Under the pieces are notes generated by a model. That model worked only from the letters and a program-made list of their open reading frames with translations, made no database searches and was not told the DNA's origin. Both the position numbers and the translations under genes were made by a program. Positions 63,101 through 64,000 of a stretch of 64,000 bases of DNA are shown one piece after another (position 1 is the stretch's first letter; each line of letters starts with the position of its first letter). The stretch lies in contig CBFFRP010000199.1 in the NCBI GenBank assembly GCA_965644295.1, positions 372,001 through 436,000 of the forward strand, in the 5' to 3' direction. Source of the DNA: Paraphysomonas bandaiensis (taxonomy: Eukaryota > Protista > Chrysophyceae).

Positions 63101-63645
63101 GGGAGAACATTACTAAAAAGGGTATATTTTTGAGTGCGCAATCTTTCCGTGCGATGGGGTTAATATCTGGTGCCTCATATACCTTCCGCGTTCGACAGAG
63201 GAATGACGTTCATTGGTCATCCTATAGTAGAGCCACAAACCTAGTGACGACTCTAATCGCTTCTCCACCACTTGCTCCTGAAATTATAATGATTAGCTCT
63301 TCCCATGTGGTAGCACAATGGCGAACTCACCCAGATGCAACATTTGCGTTCAGTGCATTGCAATATGATGTCCGAATTGCCCGTTGGGAGTCCGAGGGAT
63401 CTTCCGCTGAAACAGTAGCACGGAATCCGCTGAAGGATGATAATGACTTAGCATGGAAAAAAGCCGACGTCCGGCAGTGCAAACATGAAAATAAAGGTTT
63501 AGATTTACATCATACCGACAGAGTAATAGTAGATGAACTTACTCCTATGACGTCATATGTCCTTAAAGTCAGGATTCTGACTGTTGCGGGGTGGACTACA
63601 TGGAGCGGGACCAGTATCCCGTTCCGGACTCTCAGTTTACCATAA
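60109..63645 (+). CDS. SH3-like + ankyrin repeat + multiple fibronectin type III domain protein (multi-exon)
   Basis: 5' exons ISVRNEPS...WLKINSGWI; ANK YTGLHAAA and GRTALHFAA; several FN3 units (WQPPEYENGGPI..Y, YYFRCSCRNEFGWSPW, LKPGKKYQFRVR, YTFRVRQRN). Confidence 0.88.
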
Positions 63646-63851
63646 GTTGTGTTGATACTATAATATTTATATTATAATCGCATTCCGATACGTGCTCGTT
63701 GATTGGACAGCAATATTTTTTTGGTACCTGGTAAAAATATGTTCAATTCATATGTTGACTTCTTTTACATATCCTAGTCGAGGCAGTTTTGCTTTACTAT
63801 TTTACCTAGTATGGACGTAGCTTGTGCAATACACAAGGTGTTATTATTCGT

Positions 63852-63958
63852 CAGGGCTGCGTATCAAGTAATTAATTCCAATTAATAGCAATAATTGAAA
63901 TTGGGACAGCAAATCATAATTGCAATTATAATTGACAACAGTTTGATTCAATTAATTT
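63852..63958. mobile_element. hAT family A terminus; the partner end is not in the window
   Basis: cagggctgcgtatcaagtaatt...ataattgcaattataattgac. Confidence 0.8.
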
Positions 63959-64000
63959 ATAGTAGTATATGTCTGTTTATTTATCAATAGGCGTTTAATA

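Noticed and set aside
1-64000. Alternative genetic code or non-canonical introns
   Set aside because: TAA, TAG and TGA all terminate conserved genes, internal stops occur only in TE relics, and the introns I traced are GT-AG.

Overview
This is eukaryotic nuclear DNA with compact genes, many short (about 45-65 nt) GT-AG introns and the standard genetic code. Gene content suggests a stramenopile, probably an ochrophyte or chrysophyte; this is inference from the signal-peptide UBE2W-like E2 and the oomycete/ochrophyte-type hAT and Copia remnants. About 22 protein genes are supported: rhomboid, syntaxin-18-like, SMYD-like SET, a PH + TNFAIP8/TIPE fusion, NOC3, a receiver-domain protein, UBE2W-like E2, a secreted SAM methyltransferase, PB1-MAP3K-WD40, a CASTOR/POLLUX-type channel, an SDR, VIT1/CCC1, KDM4-like, RPB6, a secreted cupin/JmjC, GT90, two prolyl 4-hydroxylases, a sulfotransferase, SH3-like/ANK/FN3, and two unknown proteins. 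From 19 to 57 kb, 14 consecutive genes alternate strand. Divergent promoters are short, and convergent gaps are filled with transposon debris (hAT family with 8-bp TSDs, Copia remnant, an unclassified repeat). The most notable items are: (1) an 11-kb run of five secretory-pathway modifying enzymes; (2) an inverted P4H pair homogenised almost everywhere except the substrate loop; (3) a Mu-killer-like foldback transposon; (4) a TIR element embedded in a (TATG)n array; (5) a cargo-carrying hAT; (6) the PH-TIPE fusion. Exon boundaries and family calls were made by eye, without database searches.
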